DNA of 64,000 nt from an uncultured Pirellulales bacterium (GCA_964482555.1 CAYZXY010000001.1:5915-69914), one strand, 5' to 3'. Shown: positions 27,460-38,138, counted from the first letter of the stretch. The notes: a model not told the origin generated them from the letters alone. Numbers and translations are program-made.

Positions 27460-27560
27460 TACCCAATGGGGTAGAAAGCTCCCAGCAGGGCCGGGCGTAA
27501 GATCTTTATCCGCAGACAATTACGTTCCGACAAAGCGGGTATTCTCAATCGGAACGCGTA
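27460..27560 (-). repeat. 101-bp MITE-like element, R orientation
   Basis: The plus strand reads TACCCAATGGGGTAG...CAATCGGAACGCGTA. TA at 27458-27459 and 27561-27562. It lies 16 nt from the flavoprotein ATG. Confidence 0.8.
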
Positions 27561-27618
27561 TAAAAATTGCGTAGATCATAAAAATATGCATTTTTACGCT
27601 TAGACGCATGTCATTGAG

Positions 27619-27635
27619 GCAGGCAGGATGCCTGC
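27619..27635. repeat. REP-like hairpin
   Basis: GCAGGCA-GGA-TGCCTGC, a perfect 7-bp stem, intergenic. Its arms are the same as at 61988-62004. Confidence 0.55.
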
Positions 27636-27698
27636 GTAACAGCCTTTGCAACAGGATCAAACTAAATTGTCTTTCAGCATTATAAGTGAATAATGCCC

Positions 27699-27726
27699 AA
27701 AAAAAAAGCCTCCAATAGGAGGCTTT
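27699..27726 (-). terminator. rho-independent terminator of the sigma-factor gene
   Basis: The minus strand reads AAAGCCTCC-TATT-GGAGGCTTT followed by a T-run, ~67 nt after the stop at 27793. Confidence 0.75.
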
Positions 27727-27792
27727 AGCGCATTTATGCTCAAATTCGAAAAGTATGACTTCTTTAAGGAGTTACGAATTTTGCTATTGTTG

Positions 27793-28683
27793 TTATGCTG
27801 TCAGCATTCTTTCTTCGGCGACGGTTCGTAATTTTGTCAGGGCCTTGTTCTGAATCTGACGGATGCGTTCCTTGGTCAGACCCAGCCGGGCGCCAACCTG
27901 TTTAAGAGTCATGGGAACCGCCTGCTCTTCCCGCAGCGAAAACCGCATTTCGACGACGGATTTTTCAATCTCCGAAAGATCAGCCATATTATTGTTCATG
28001 ATGGCCTGGACTTCATCAATCAGGTTTTCCTGGACTCCCTGCCGTTCACGTTCCAGCTTGTTGTCTTTTTCCATTGAAGTTTCAAGCTGGGTCGGGAACA
28101 GATTGCGGTATCTGTAATTCTGTTTGGCAGCACGCGAAAAACCCTTCAGAATTGCTCGGCAGGCATAGGTACTGAACTTAAACCCGCGCGAACAATCGAA
28201 TTTTTCCACCGCCCGCAGCAGCGCCATACTGCCTTCACTGATCAGATCGGCGAATTCGACGCCCGGATAGGATACTTTCTGGACCATTGAGAGAACCAGT
28301 CCCATGTTGCAGGATACAATTTTGCTGCGATAATCAAGCTGCAATTTATTCCAGTACAGCAACGGCTCAACGTCAGCGACACGCCAGTCTTTCTTGCGCA
28401 GCAACCGGCGGCGAACCTGACATAGTTTATGCCGGCAGTAATTCATCTGCAGGAAGATGATTTCCTCTTCCCCGGCATCAAGTGAAATATTAGGTATTAC
28501 CTCAACTTTTTTCTCCATAATCGGTTCCATCTGCGTTTTCTTGTTAAAACGATCTTCCGGAATGTACGAAATTGGAGAAGACATCAAATCGTAAAGGGTT
28601 TCTTTTTCACCTGGATTGATGTTGAGTTTTTCAATCTTTTCTTTCAAACGATTCGATACGGCATTATTATCACTTTTATTCAT
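27793..28683 (-). CDS. sigma-70 family RNA polymerase sigma factor (regions 2-4 present)
   Basis: 296-aa ORF. Region 2 (GLVLSMVQKV...DLISEGSMALLRAVEKFD...FSTYA) and region 4 HTH (LTLKQVGARLGLTKERIRQIQNKALTKLR). Confidence 0.85.
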   Translation of the reverse strand: MNKSDNNAVSNRLKEKIEKLNINPGEKETLYDLMSSPISYIPEDRFNKKTQMEPIMEKKVEVIPNISLDAGEEEIIFLQMNYCRHKLCQVRRRLLRKKDWRVADVEPLLYWNKLQLDYRSKIVSCNMGLVLSMVQKVSYPGVEFADLISEGSMALLRAVEKFDCSRGFKFSTYACRAILKGFSRAAKQNYRYRNLFPTQLETSMEKDNKLERERQGVQENLIDEVQAIMNNNMADLSEIEKSVVEMRFSLREEQAVPMTLKQVGARLGLTKERIRQIQNKALTKLRTVAEERMLTA

Positions 28684-29283
28684 GTTACTCGCCTTCCTTT
28701 CGGAATATATTGTTTATTCAGATGCTTTTGTCATTATTTCGAATATTGCAATATTTATGCCAGAAGGATAGCTCAGGAGCAGCATTGCTCTTAATTTGTT
28801 TAATTAAAGAATTTTACGAATTATATTATTTAAAACCCGGCAAATCCTGTTTAGGTAATGTCAATTAAAATGACACACATTTTTTTAAATCTGTTTTCTA
28901 TCAAAGGGCTTAAATCCGCTCTAAGCGGCATAAACGGTCCTGTTTTTTGTGTGCCACGAGGAAAACGTGTATCAAATAAACAAATGACACACTCCGGCTT
29001 TGGCGGCCGTTCCGGTCTGATTTTTTGTTATTATCTGATAATAAAGGAAATACCAAAATTTCACTTCACGTTATTCAGCTTGCTGCATATTGTGTATCAA
29101 TAATAATGGTACACATTAATAGTGATGTTTTATGGGACCCTCTTCATGCACAAATTTTTAAGTTCTTTTCTGGCAGTAGGATAGAGATTATCCGGGTCGA
29201 GATTTCTCTTTTGGTATAAGTTTTGTTATTATGGGTTATAGCAGAAAAGTATAAAATCATCTTGTCTTTAAGGAAAATACACC

Positions 29284-29544
29284 ATGTGTCAAGAATGCAA
29301 TAAATACATCATTGAAGCTTTAGAATTGTCCCGGCGGCTTATTGATCTGGCTGATAAAGGCGATTCTGAGCGTGAAGACGTGGGATGCGGGATTTTATTC
29401 GGAACAATGAGAGATTACGGTTACAAATTAATGGCATTATCGAACGCCGAAATTGCAAACCACAAAAAAGCGGGCATCTGGGACCTGGACAGGGTGCCGG
29501 TAGTGCCCAGCGGTTCCGTAAGTTATTTGTCTGAAATAGATTAA
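29284..29544 (+). CDS. hypothetical small protein (86 aa) heading the nifU-nifS operon region
   Basis: ORF preceded by AAGGAAAA. It contains CQEC near the N-terminus. No family was recognised. Confidence 0.4.
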   Translation: MCQECNKYIIEALELSRRLIDLADKGDSEREDVGCGILFGTMRDYGYKLMALSNAEIANHKKAGIWDLDRVPVVPSGSVSYLSEID

Positions 29545-29701
29545 ATCTTTTTGTCAGTCTGGATCATTTCAAGTATTTCGGGAAAATAATCGCTTTTCAT
29601 TCGAAATAGGTCTATTATCTTGCAGGAAATGTGTATTTATACATTGAGTGATTATATAATTTGCCGTAAGATTAACATACTACTTAAAACAGGTGATTTG
29701 A

Positions 29702-30559
29702 ATGTGGGACTATACAGAAAAGGTTAAAGAACATTTTTTCAATCCACGTAATGTGGGTGAGGTGGAAAATCCCGATGGCGTGGGGGAAGTCGGGTCGCTG
29801 GCTTGCGGCGATGCCTTGCGTTTGACATTTAAACTGGATAAAAACGGCCGGATTGAAGAGGCGAAATTTAAGACTTTTGGATGCGGCAGTGCCATTGCTT
29901 CTTCTTCGGCCTTGACCGAGCTGATAAAAGGCATGACCGTTGAAGAGGCGGAAAAAGTATCTAATCAGAATATTGCGGAGTATCTAGGCGGTCTTCCCGA
30001 ACAGAAGATGCACTGTTCCGTTATGGGGCGCGAGGCTCTGGAAGCTGCTATCGCATACTATCGGGGCGAAGAATTTACGCCGCATCACCTGGAAGGCAAT
30101 GTCGTTTGCACCTGTTATGGCGTAACAGATCATGAAATCGAGCGGGTGGTCCGTGACAATAATCTCAAAACGGTAGAGCAGGTGACGAATTACTGCAAGG
30201 CCGGCGGTGGCTGCGGCGGCTGTATTCCGGATATCGAAGAAATTATCAATAAAATTGAAGATGAAAAATTACAGCAGGCCAAGGAAGCTAAACCCGTTGA
30301 GCAACCGAAAAAGCCGCTGACCAACCTGGAAAAGATCAAACTGATTGAAAAGACACTGAATGAAGAGGTCCGACCGGCGTTGCAGGCGGACGGTGGGGAT
30401 ATCGACCTCATTGACGTTAACGGAAACAAGGTGATTATCTCATTCCGCGGGACCTGTTCGAAATGTAAAGTTGCCGGTTTTACCATGACCGAGGTGATCC
30501 AAAAGCCCTTGCGGGAGTTTGTCAGTCCGGATATCGTGGTTGAAGAACAGAAAGTTTAA
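29702..30559 (+). CDS. nifU: NifU-type Fe-S cluster scaffold (IscU-like N-domain + BFD-like [2Fe-2S] domain + NifU C-domain)
   Basis: 285-aa ORF. Scaffold cysteines in LACGDA, FGCGSAIASS and MHCSV. Central CTCYGVTD...CKAGGGCGGC. C-terminal GTCSKCKV. Confidence 0.9.
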   Translation: MWDYTEKVKEHFFNPRNVGEVENPDGVGEVGSLACGDALRLTFKLDKNGRIEEAKFKTFGCGSAIASSSALTELIKGMTVEEAEKVSNQNIAEYLGGLPEQKMHCSVMGREALEAAIAYYRGEEFTPHHLEGNVVCTCYGVTDHEIERVVRDNNLKTVEQVTNYCKAGGGCGGCIPDIEEIINKIEDEKLQQAKEAKPVEQPKKPLTNLEKIKLIEKTLNEEVRPALQADGGDIDLIDVNGNKVIISFRGTCSKCKVAGFTMTEVIQKPLREFVSPDIVVEEQKV

Positions 30560-30592
30560 TGTCAAAAGTCAATACAAGATCAAGCGGGAAGT

Positions 30593-31810
30593 GTGAAGAT
30601 TATGAAAACAGTTTACCTGGACAATAACGCAACGACCCGGATGGCGAATGAAGTTCTGGAAGCCATGCTGCCGTATTTTACGGATAAATATGGTAATTCT
30701 TCCAGTATGCACAGCTTCGGTGGACAGAACCATCAGCAGATTGAAAAGGCCCGGGAACAGGTCGCCGACCTACTGGGCTGCGAGCCGGATGAAATTATAT
30801 TCACCAGCGGCGGTACGGAAAGCGATATTACCGCGATAGAGGGTGTGCCGGCAAGTCATCCTGAAAAGAAACATATCATAACCTCGCGCGTGGAGCATCC
30901 GGCAGTGCGGGTGCCCTGCCGGCGGATGCAGAAAAAAGGGTACTGGCTGACGGAGTTGTCGGTTAATGATGCCGGACAGTTGAACCTGGATGAATTGAAC
31001 GATGCCATTACGGATGACACGGCACTGGTGACCGTGATGTATGCCAATAACGAAACAGGCGTGCTGTTTCCCGTTGAGCGGGTGGCTCAGATTGTCAAGG
31101 CGCGCGACAGCGTGTTTCATTGCGACGCAGTCCAGGCGGTAGGGAAAATACCGCTCGATATGAAAAATTCCGCGATTGACATGCTGAGCCTGTCCGGTCA
31201 TAAGCTGCACGGGCCCAAAGGCATCGGTGCTCTTTATGTCCGGCGGGGTACGCGGTTTCTGCCGTTGATGATCGGCGGTCATCAGGAGTCCGGCAAGCGC
31301 GCCGGCACGGAAAACGTTCCGGCTATTGTCGGTCTGGGCAAGGCGTGTGAACTGGCGAAAAAGTATATGGATGATGAGAACCAGCGGGTGCGCCGCCTGC
31401 GGGACAAACTGGAGAAGGAATTGGTGACCGGTTGCCCGAATGCCCGAATCAATGGCGACCTGGAGAACCGTCTGCCGAATACAACGAATATCAGCTTCGA
31501 GTATATCGAGGGCGAAGGGATTCTGCTGATGCTGGATCAGTTGGGGATTTGCGCTTCGAGCGGTTCGGCTTGTACGAGCGGGTCGCTGGAGCCGTCGCAT
31601 GTGTTACGGGCGATGGGCGTGCCTTTTACGGCAGTGCATGGCTCGATCCGGTTCAGCCTGAGCCGATATACCACGGATGAAGAAGTCGCTTACACGATTG
31701 AGAACGTACCGAAGATCATCGAGCGTCTGCGAGGTATGTCCCCCTTTTCGCCCGAACGCGATGCCACCCCGGAAGCACCGATTGAGCGTCAGCCGGAACT
31801 GCGGGTTTAA
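30593..31810 (+). CDS. nifS: cysteine desulfurase, NifS/IscS class
   Basis: 405-aa ORF with YLDNNATT, the PLP lysine in SGHKLHGPKG and the active-site loop SSGSACTSG. The start could instead be ATG 30602. Confidence 0.9.
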   Translation: MKIMKTVYLDNNATTRMANEVLEAMLPYFTDKYGNSSSMHSFGGQNHQQIEKAREQVADLLGCEPDEIIFTSGGTESDITAIEGVPASHPEKKHIITSRVEHPAVRVPCRRMQKKGYWLTELSVNDAGQLNLDELNDAITDDTALVTVMYANNETGVLFPVERVAQIVKARDSVFHCDAVQAVGKIPLDMKNSAIDMLSLSGHKLHGPKGIGALYVRRGTRFLPLMIGGHQESGKRAGTENVPAIVGLGKACELAKKYMDDENQRVRRLRDKLEKELVTGCPNARINGDLENRLPNTTNISFEYIEGEGILLMLDQLGICASSGSACTSGSLEPSHVLRAMGVPFTAVHGSIRFSLSRYTTDEEVAYTIENVPKIIERLRGMSPFSPERDATPEAPIERQPELRV

Positions 31811-32049
31811 GGACGGAAAGTCCGAAGGCATGAGAATCTTAATGTTAGAAGGCCCAACGATCTCAGGACATGAATGGTTGCCATCTCACGTAACAGACTG
31901 AAAGCTGCCTTGCATACCGCTTTCGATTGAATTTAAGTTTAAGCGGCTTATCCTGCCCCGTTTTATCCGACCATAACTACATACATTAAAAACGGTTAAA
32001 CATGGCAGCCATCCCCACTTCCGTTGGGTAAGGCCCATGTGACAAAGCG

Positions 32050-33033
32050 TTACGATGCATTCGCGGTTTCGATTTCGCGGAACATGCCTTCGAAGAGCGG
32101 TCCGGTAAGATAACGCTCGGCGGCATCGGGCAGGACGACGACAATGGTCTTGCCGGCGAATTCGTCCAGATGAGCCAGGCGGTCGGCCACACAAGCGGCG
32201 GCCCCGCAGGATATGCCGGCGAGGATGCCCTCTTCGCGGGCCAGACGGCGACCGTACTCAATCGACTGTTCGTTGGTGACGGCTTCCACGCGGTCAATCA
32301 GCGAGAGATCAAGCACTTCGGGTATGAAGCCGGCACCGATGCCCTGAATTTTATGCGGTCCGGGCATGAGGTTTTCCTTATTGAGAGTCTGAGCGATGAC
32401 AGGACTGTCAATCGGCTCAACGGCAACGGAAAGCAACGGGTGCTTTTTCGTGTTCTTGAAGAAACGCGAAACGCCGGTGATCGTCCCGCCGGTCCCCACA
32501 CCGGCCACAAAAACATCCACCTTGCCGTCGGTATCGTCCCAGATTTCCGGGCCGGTTGTCTTTTCGTGAATCTCCGGATTGGCGGGGTTGTTGAACTGCT
32601 GCGGCATGAAGTATTTATCAGGATCGGACTCAACGATTTCCTCGGCTTTGGCAACGGCGCCTTTCATACCTTTGGTGCCGTCGGTAAGTATGAGGTTGGC
32701 ACCCAGAGCGATCAGGATCTTGCGGCGTTCCATGCTCATGGTTTCGGGCATAGTCAGATTAACTTTGTAGCCGCGGGCGGCACCGACAAAAGCCAGAGCG
32801 ATGCCGGTATTGCCGCTGGTCGGTTCGACAATTTCCTTACCCTGTCCCAGAAGCCCTTTCTTCTCGGCATCCCAGATCATACTGGCGCCAATACGGCATT
32901 TAACGGAATAGGCCGGATTGCGGCCTTCGATCTTGGCTAATATGGTGGCGGAGGTGTCGGCTCCAATACGGTTAAATTTGACAAGCGGGGTTTTACCGAT
33001 AGTAAACGAATTATCATCATAGAAATTAGCCAT
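32050..33033 (-). CDS. cysK: cysteine synthase A (O-acetylserine sulfhydrylase)
   Basis: 327-aa ORF with [23 protein letters not shown] (PLP lysine), [12 protein letters not shown] and [10 protein letters not shown]. Confidence 0.92.
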   Translation of the reverse strand: MANFYDDNSFTIGKTPLVKFNRIGADTSATILAKIEGRNPAYSVKCRIGASMIWDAEKKGLLGQGKEIVEPTSGNTGIALAFVGAARGYKVNLTMPETMSMERRKILIALGANLILTDGTKGMKGAVAKAEEIVESDPDKYFMPQQFNNPANPEIHEKTTGPEIWDDTDGKVDVFVAGVGTGGTITGVSRFFKNTKKHPLLSVAVEPIDSPVIAQTLNKENLMPGPHKIQGIGAGFIPEVLDLSLIDRVEAVTNEQSIEYGRRLAREEGILAGISCGAAACVADRLAHLDEFAGKTIVVVLPDAAERYLTGPLFEGMFREIETANAS

Positions 33034-33254
33034 TTTTTCCCTCTTTTCAAAATCTCAGCCGGTTTTTAAAGTAAGACATTGTATGGTAATAGTCACGTCC
33101 AACAAACAGCCGCAAGGCATGTACCTGTTAATTGGTATCCAAAACACTCTAAATGGATATTAAGTTTGTCGGAAAACAAAGTCAAGTTTTTAGTAATTAT
33201 ATCGAATTGCGAAAGCTTTGACACGGGCATCTGGCTCGCAGTTATGAATTTTTA

Positions 33255-33352
33255 TACTGTTCCTATTGAATTTTCCGTTGTGTCGGGACGTAAACATTTG
33301 CGAATAAAACGGTTACGCTCATCCCCATCCGGAATATCTACCCCATGGGGTA
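33255..33352 (+). repeat. MITE-like element, diverged full-length copy, F orientation
   Basis: TACTGTTCCTATTGAATTTTCCGTTGTGTCGGGACGTAAACATTTGCGAATAAAACGGTTACGC...CTACCCCATGGGGTA, preceded by TA (33253-33254). Confidence 0.65.
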
Positions 33353-33418
33353 CCAGACACGGATTTTCTTCTCAAATTCGTTTTTGCGATAACAGAAAGC
33401 CCTCACTAAATAACATAT

Positions 33419-34270
33419 TTATTTTTCTTCGATGGCGGCTTTGAGTTTTTCGGCATCGACGAAATCTTCGAGGGCTTTTTCTTTTTTCTGCCGGGTCAGT
33501 TCGCGGATGATGTCATCCCGGATTTCTGCGAGTTCGGCGACGTGGGCGGGGTGTTTTTCGGTTACGGTGGCGATATGGAAGCCGAATTCAGTCTGGAAGA
33601 CGTCGCTGATCTCGCCAACCTCCATGTTAAATACCACATCTTCAAATTCCGGGACCATCTGGCCGCGAGGAAAATAGCCCAGATCACCGCCGCTTTCGGG
33701 ACACTCCGAATACCGGCGCGCCAATTCGGCAAAATCAGCCGCACCGCTGCGCAGCTGCTGCAGGGCTTCCTGAAGCTCGCGGCGGATAGCAGCAACGTCT
33801 TCGCCGGAAGTGAGATGCTTGACAATGTGGGAGGCTCGCACGGCTTCGGGGCGCATGAACCTGCTCTTATTTTCCTGGTAGAACTGATTAATATCATCTT
33901 CGGCAGGATCGGCGATATTCTGCGTGATTTTTTCCATCAGCCGCTCGATTTTCAGTTTTTCCGCCACTTCATGCTTAAAGACCTCTTCATCCATGTCGGT
34001 TTCGGAAATGTCGGGGGAGGTGTTTTGCTGCCGATAATCCTGCCAGATTTTTTCGAGCTGCTCAGCCGGAAACGGCTCGGGGTCATTCTGGGCGGCCTGG
34101 CGGATCAGCTCCCGCTCGATAAGATTTTCCCGGGACCATTCGCGCAGCTGATTCTGCATTTCCTCCGAACAGGCGTCCGCGATCATTTCTTCATAATGCG
34201 GGCGTAATCGCTCCATTTCCTGTTGAATGTCTTGATCTTCAATTTTTTGGCCATTGATGTAAAGCGTCAT
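33419..34270 (-). CDS. parvulin-type peptidyl-prolyl cis-trans isomerase (PpiC/SurA-like)
   Basis: 283-aa ORF. PpiC domain: ASHIVKH...FAELARRYSECPESGGDLGYFPRGQMVPEFEDVVF...FGFHI. Confidence 0.8.
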   Translation of the reverse strand: MTLYINGQKIEDQDIQQEMERLRPHYEEMIADACSEEMQNQLREWSRENLIERELIRQAAQNDPEPFPAEQLEKIWQDYRQQNTSPDISETDMDEEVFKHEVAEKLKIERLMEKITQNIADPAEDDINQFYQENKSRFMRPEAVRASHIVKHLTSGEDVAAIRRELQEALQQLRSGAADFAELARRYSECPESGGDLGYFPRGQMVPEFEDVVFNMEVGEISDVFQTEFGFHIATVTEKHPAHVAELAEIRDDIIRELTRQKKEKALEDFVDAEKLKAAIEEK

Positions 34271-34370
34271 ATGGAACCCTTTAAAAGCGGTTGGTTTTGC
34301 GGGGAATTCATAACATCATACTCATAGAATTGACATGTTATGAAAAATGAGGATGAATAGCAATGTTTTA

Positions 34371-34470
34371 TACCCAACGGATATGGGATGTCCGCCAGGG
34401 CCAAGCGTAAGTGTTTTACCCGCACATAATTATATTTTCCCAACTTGAACATATTCATTCGTTACCAGTA
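34371..34470 (-). repeat. MITE-like element, diverged copy, R orientation
   Basis: TACCCAACGGATATGGGATGTCCGCCAGGGCCAAGCGTAAG...CATTCGTTACCAGTA. TA at 34369-34370 and 34471-34472. Confidence 0.65.
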
Positions 34471-34557
34471 TATAAACTGCTTCCCATTGAGTTTCCCGTT
34501 CGCAGGAAGCAGATGCGGACCTGCTGGAATATGCGTGGGAGAAAACCGGATGAGCGG

Positions 34558-35556
34558 TCAGGCGTCCTTGTCATCCGGAGCGGACTTGGCGGGGACCGTA
34601 ATATCCATGAATGAAACGGGCTGGCCGGTTTGCTTATACATGGAAAAGCGGGTGGCGAAGAGGTTTTCCTGAATGAGCTTGCGGTTGGCGCTGATCAGAT
34701 CGGCCAGAAAACCGATAACAAAAAGCAGAAACGAAGCGTTTAATATCACCGAGGCCATGATCAGCGAAGGGTAATGCCCTGACGCACCCAGCAGCAGCCA
34801 ACGCACCAGTAGAATCAAACCGAGGAGGCCAACGACGATTCCGGACACAACGAACGTCCGCAATGGGCGGTAATAGAGATAGGAGCGGAGGATGATCGTG
34901 CCGGAGCGCCAGATATAGCCGGGGATGGAGCTTATCAGACGTGATTCTCGGGTTTGGGGATTGACCTTGATCGGCACATGAGCGATCTTCATATTCATGT
35001 GGCCGGCCTGGATGATGGTTTCGAGGGTATAGGTATAGCTGTTAAATACATGCAGCCGCATGGCGGCCTCGGCCGAATAGGCCCGAAAGCCGCTGGTGGT
35101 ATCGGGAATGTCGGTATCGGAAAACTGCCGGACGACGCCGGAGCCGAGCCGCTGGAGCCTTTTCTTGAGCCAGGAAAAATGTTCGATGTTGTCTATGGGG
35201 CGGACGCCGACGACGATATCCATGTGTTCGTTGACGATCGGGGCGATAAGATTGCCGATACACCGGCCCTGATACTGATTGTCGCCGTCGGTGTTGACGA
35301 TGATGTCAGCGCCAAGCTCGAGACAACGCCTCATGCCGGCCAGAAAAGCGCGCGCCAGGCCCTGATTCCGGCCCTGCCGGACGACATGATGCACGCCCAG
35401 CCGCCGGGCCACCTCGACGGTGTTATCGGAACTGCCGTCGTCGATGATGAGATACTCGATCCGGTCCACACCTGGCAGCTCGCGCGGCAGGTCCCGCATG
35501 ACCTCGGGTAGCGTCTCTTCTTCATTATAACAGGGTATCTGGATGATCAGCTTCAT
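34558..35556 (-). CDS. family 2 glycosyltransferase with a C-terminal membrane anchor (polyprenyl-phosphate sugar synthase-like)
   Basis: 332-aa ORF with QIPCYNEEETL, IIDDGSSDNT, TDGDNQY and two C-terminal TM helices. Confidence 0.8.
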   Translation of the reverse strand: MKLIIQIPCYNEEETLPEVMRDLPRELPGVDRIEYLIIDDGSSDNTVEVARRLGVHHVVRQGRNQGLARAFLAGMRRCLELGADIIVNTDGDNQYQGRCIGNLIAPIVNEHMDIVVGVRPIDNIEHFSWLKKRLQRLGSGVVRQFSDTDIPDTTSGFRAYSAEAAMRLHVFNSYTYTLETIIQAGHMNMKIAHVPIKVNPQTRESRLISSIPGYIWRSGTIILRSYLYYRPLRTFVVSGIVVGLLGLILLVRWLLLGASGHYPSLIMASVILNASFLLFVIGFLADLISANRKLIQENLFATRFSMYKQTGQPVSFMDITVPAKSAPDDKDA

Positions 35557-35787
35557 GACTTTTACACATTAAATTAAGATAACAGGACCGCCTGAATATA
35601 GCCGGACTGGTTCAATTAGTCAATATCATTTATCGTAACCATTCACAGGAAATAACCCCTCACATGAAGTGAGGGGTGGTTATGGGCTAATATGACGACC
35701 CCCCGATGTGACATCGCGGGCTATTGTGTTCAATTAATCAAAAAATCATAATCGAATGAAAATTCTACAAATGGTTTCCATTCAACT

Positions 35788-37266
35788 TTATGACTGCTTG
35801 AACAAATGCGCAGGATTCCGCAATATTTTCAGCTCCTCGGCTGAAAAAGAGCGGGTAGCCAGCAAAACCGCAAACGAAAGGGCGACAAACAGCACCCCTT
35901 TAATCAACAGGAAAAGTAACAGTGAACTGACGGGCAAGGGACACAGCCAGGCCGCCAGGCCGCAACCGGTGAAGATCGCCAGCAGGCGGACATGTTCCCC
36001 CCAGCGCATAACCTGACGAAACGAAATGTTCATGATGGATTTTAGCTTAACGAGCATATAAATCCAGGCCACCCAGCCAGCCAACACCATGCCGATCGTC
36101 GGACCAACGAAGGCGAGCAAGGTATTGCCGCCCAGATACAGCAGAGACAAACTGATTAAGAAATTGATCACTAGTTCCAGAACTGCGTTGTATGCTATGT
36201 ATTTATTCTTATTGACCACCCGAAACATGGTCGCGTAAACAGCGATACGGATAGGCATGGAGAACAGGAAGATTCGGAAGGGCCAGCTTGCCAGGCTGTA
36301 ATCTTCGCCAAAACAGAAAACGATGATTTCATGGGCGAAAAACAGCAGAAAGACAAAGCAGGGAAAAATAACGAAACTGCTTTTGCGGGCCGCCTCCTGC
36401 CAGGTCCCCAGGGCACGCATCAGATGCCCTTCCTTGTACATTCGCACCAGATCGGGCAGAATCGCGTTGGTGAGGCTGAAAGTCACGATGGTCACAAACG
36501 GCAGCTCAATCGTCCCGACATCATACACGGCATATTTCTCAGGGGAAAAGAAGAGGGAGATCAAAATTTTATTCAATTGCAGATTAGTGACGCCGACGAG
36601 ATTGGCGGCCAGCAGCGGCAGGACATACATCAACTGTTCGCACCAAAGCTTTCTATCGATACCCCAGGACCGCCCTTCTGTCAGACGGTACATGTGGATG
36701 AGACTGACCGCCGCCAGAATGACGCCAAAGCCGATAACGGCCCATAAGGCGGTAACGAGATCGTATCCCAGCAGAAAGACCGCCGTAACGGTCAGGATTC
36801 TGCCCAGGGACGCGGCCAGACTGTACAGGCCGGCACTGACGGCTTTGTCCATACTAATCATGAAAGAGGGTGTGATAAAGAAAAGCCGTTCGACAAAGGG
36901 ATACAGGGCGAAGATCCGGCACAAGAGGGCCAGCCGGGGATTATCAAAATACTGAGCGATAAAGCCCGAGGCGAAGAACATGAGCGCGGCGATGACCAGA
37001 GAGATAACGCAGGAGGTATAAATCGTCTGCGTTAACAGATAACGTCGCGACAGGGGATTCAGTTGAGGAATGAAATAATAAAAGCTGTTTTGCAGCTGCA
37101 TGGACAGCAAACCGGCCAGCGTCAGATAAACGAGATTCACCTGTCGAAAAGTGCCGTAAGTCTCCTGCGTGACGATTCTGACCAGAACGATACTGAGAAT
37201 CAGCGTCGAGGCCTTAAGAATCCCCTGGCTGAGCATAATGATAACGCTGCGGGTACGGATATTCAT
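35788..37266 (-). CDS. oligosaccharide flippase (Wzx/MOP superfamily polysaccharide biosynthesis protein)
   Basis: 492-aa ORF with ~12-14 TM helices, located in the glycan cluster. Confidence 0.7.
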   Translation of the reverse strand: MNIRTRSVIIMLSQGILKASTLILSIVLVRIVTQETYGTFRQVNLVYLTLAGLLSMQLQNSFYYFIPQLNPLSRRYLLTQTIYTSCVISLVIAALMFFASGFIAQYFDNPRLALLCRIFALYPFVERLFFITPSFMISMDKAVSAGLYSLAASLGRILTVTAVFLLGYDLVTALWAVIGFGVILAAVSLIHMYRLTEGRSWGIDRKLWCEQLMYVLPLLAANLVGVTNLQLNKILISLFFSPEKYAVYDVGTIELPFVTIVTFSLTNAILPDLVRMYKEGHLMRALGTWQEAARKSSFVIFPCFVFLLFFAHEIIVFCFGEDYSLASWPFRIFLFSMPIRIAVYATMFRVVNKNKYIAYNAVLELVINFLISLSLLYLGGNTLLAFVGPTIGMVLAGWVAWIYMLVKLKSIMNISFRQVMRWGEHVRLLAIFTGCGLAAWLCPLPVSSLLLFLLIKGVLFVALSFAVLLATRSFSAEELKILRNPAHLFKQS

Positions 37267-37270
37267 ACGA

Positions 37271-38104
37271 TCACGCTTTTCGTCCGGTAATGAGCAGAAT
37301 GCTTCTCCAGGGAACTACAACAGAAGTCAACAGCAGCCTCATCAAACGCGGAATTTTTTTCGTCATGCCGGAACAGAACCGCCATGACGCCAGCTCCTGC
37401 GTTTTTAGATATCTCTTTTTGGAAATCCTGAATCCTGCCTGCTCCATTGATGTTGATAATTCTGACATCGTATATTCTCTAATATGCATAATTAGATCTG
37501 TGATATGGTTCATACCTTCATCGTTATCAGGAAAAGGTTCCATGATATTTCTGCCCAACATAAGCATCGCTATATTATTCAACCTTGCGATATTTGGCGT
37601 CGTAAGAACAAGATAGCCATTGGGTTTTAATATCCTATACAATTCTCCTAAAACTCTCAGGGGGGACATGCGTAAATGCTCCAGCACTTCTGACAATATG
37701 ACTATGTCGAAACTTTCATCTGGAATAGACTCGCCAGGTTGAAAAATATTATAGGGAATAACTGGAATATCATATTTCCTCGGGAGATGGCAATACAAAT
37801 CGATGTTTTCTGAAAGATCAGCGCCGGTCACGTCAAAATTATAACATTTCTTAAAGACGATATCGTAAAAACCATAGGCGATCCCAATATCAAGAATCTT
37901 CTTACCAGATGCTACCGGGGCCAAAAGCTTCACCATTTCATGAATTCTATAGTAACTGTCATAAAAATATCTCTTGGCGCTGTCCGAAGAAATAATATTC
38001 GATCTGTAATCTCTTCCTGAACTTTTAAATACTTCATCGATTTCATGCACTATTTCATGTAGTGTGTTGTCAATTATTATCATGGCATACGATCCAATAG
38101 TCAC
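37271..38104 (-). CDS. class I SAM-dependent methyltransferase
   Basis: 277-aa ORF with motif I ILDIGIAYGFY and a post-I acidic residue, plus VILSEVLEHL. The gene is AT-rich. Confidence 0.7.
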   Translation of the reverse strand: MTIGSYAMIIIDNTLHEIVHEIDEVFKSSGRDYRSNIISSDSAKRYFYDSYYRIHEMVKLLAPVASGKKILDIGIAYGFYDIVFKKCYNFDVTGADLSENIDLYCHLPRKYDIPVIPYNIFQPGESIPDESFDIVILSEVLEHLRMSPLRVLGELYRILKPNGYLVLTTPNIARLNNIAMLMLGRNIMEPFPDNDEGMNHITDLIMHIREYTMSELSTSMEQAGFRISKKRYLKTQELASWRFCSGMTKKIPRLMRLLLTSVVVPWRSILLITGRKA

Positions 38105-38138
38105 AGTATGGACTAATCAAGTAAATATTGTGTGATTT

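Noticed and set aside
26841-27548. The ORF-track start at 27548 for the flavoprotein, and at 40711 for the DegT aminotransferase
   Set aside because: The 35-codon extension at 27444-27548 is translated from the MITE copy (…LRIKILRPALLGAFYPIGY…), and the family N-terminus begins at MIYKVLGIAGSP (27443). For DegT, the hydrophobic 37-codon leader is not part of the family, and AGGAGG precedes ATG 40822.
29702-31810. nifU/nifS as evidence of nitrogen fixation
   Set aside because: No nifHDK or other nitrogenase genes are in the window. NifU/NifS-type pairs serve as general Fe-S assembly systems in many anaerobes.
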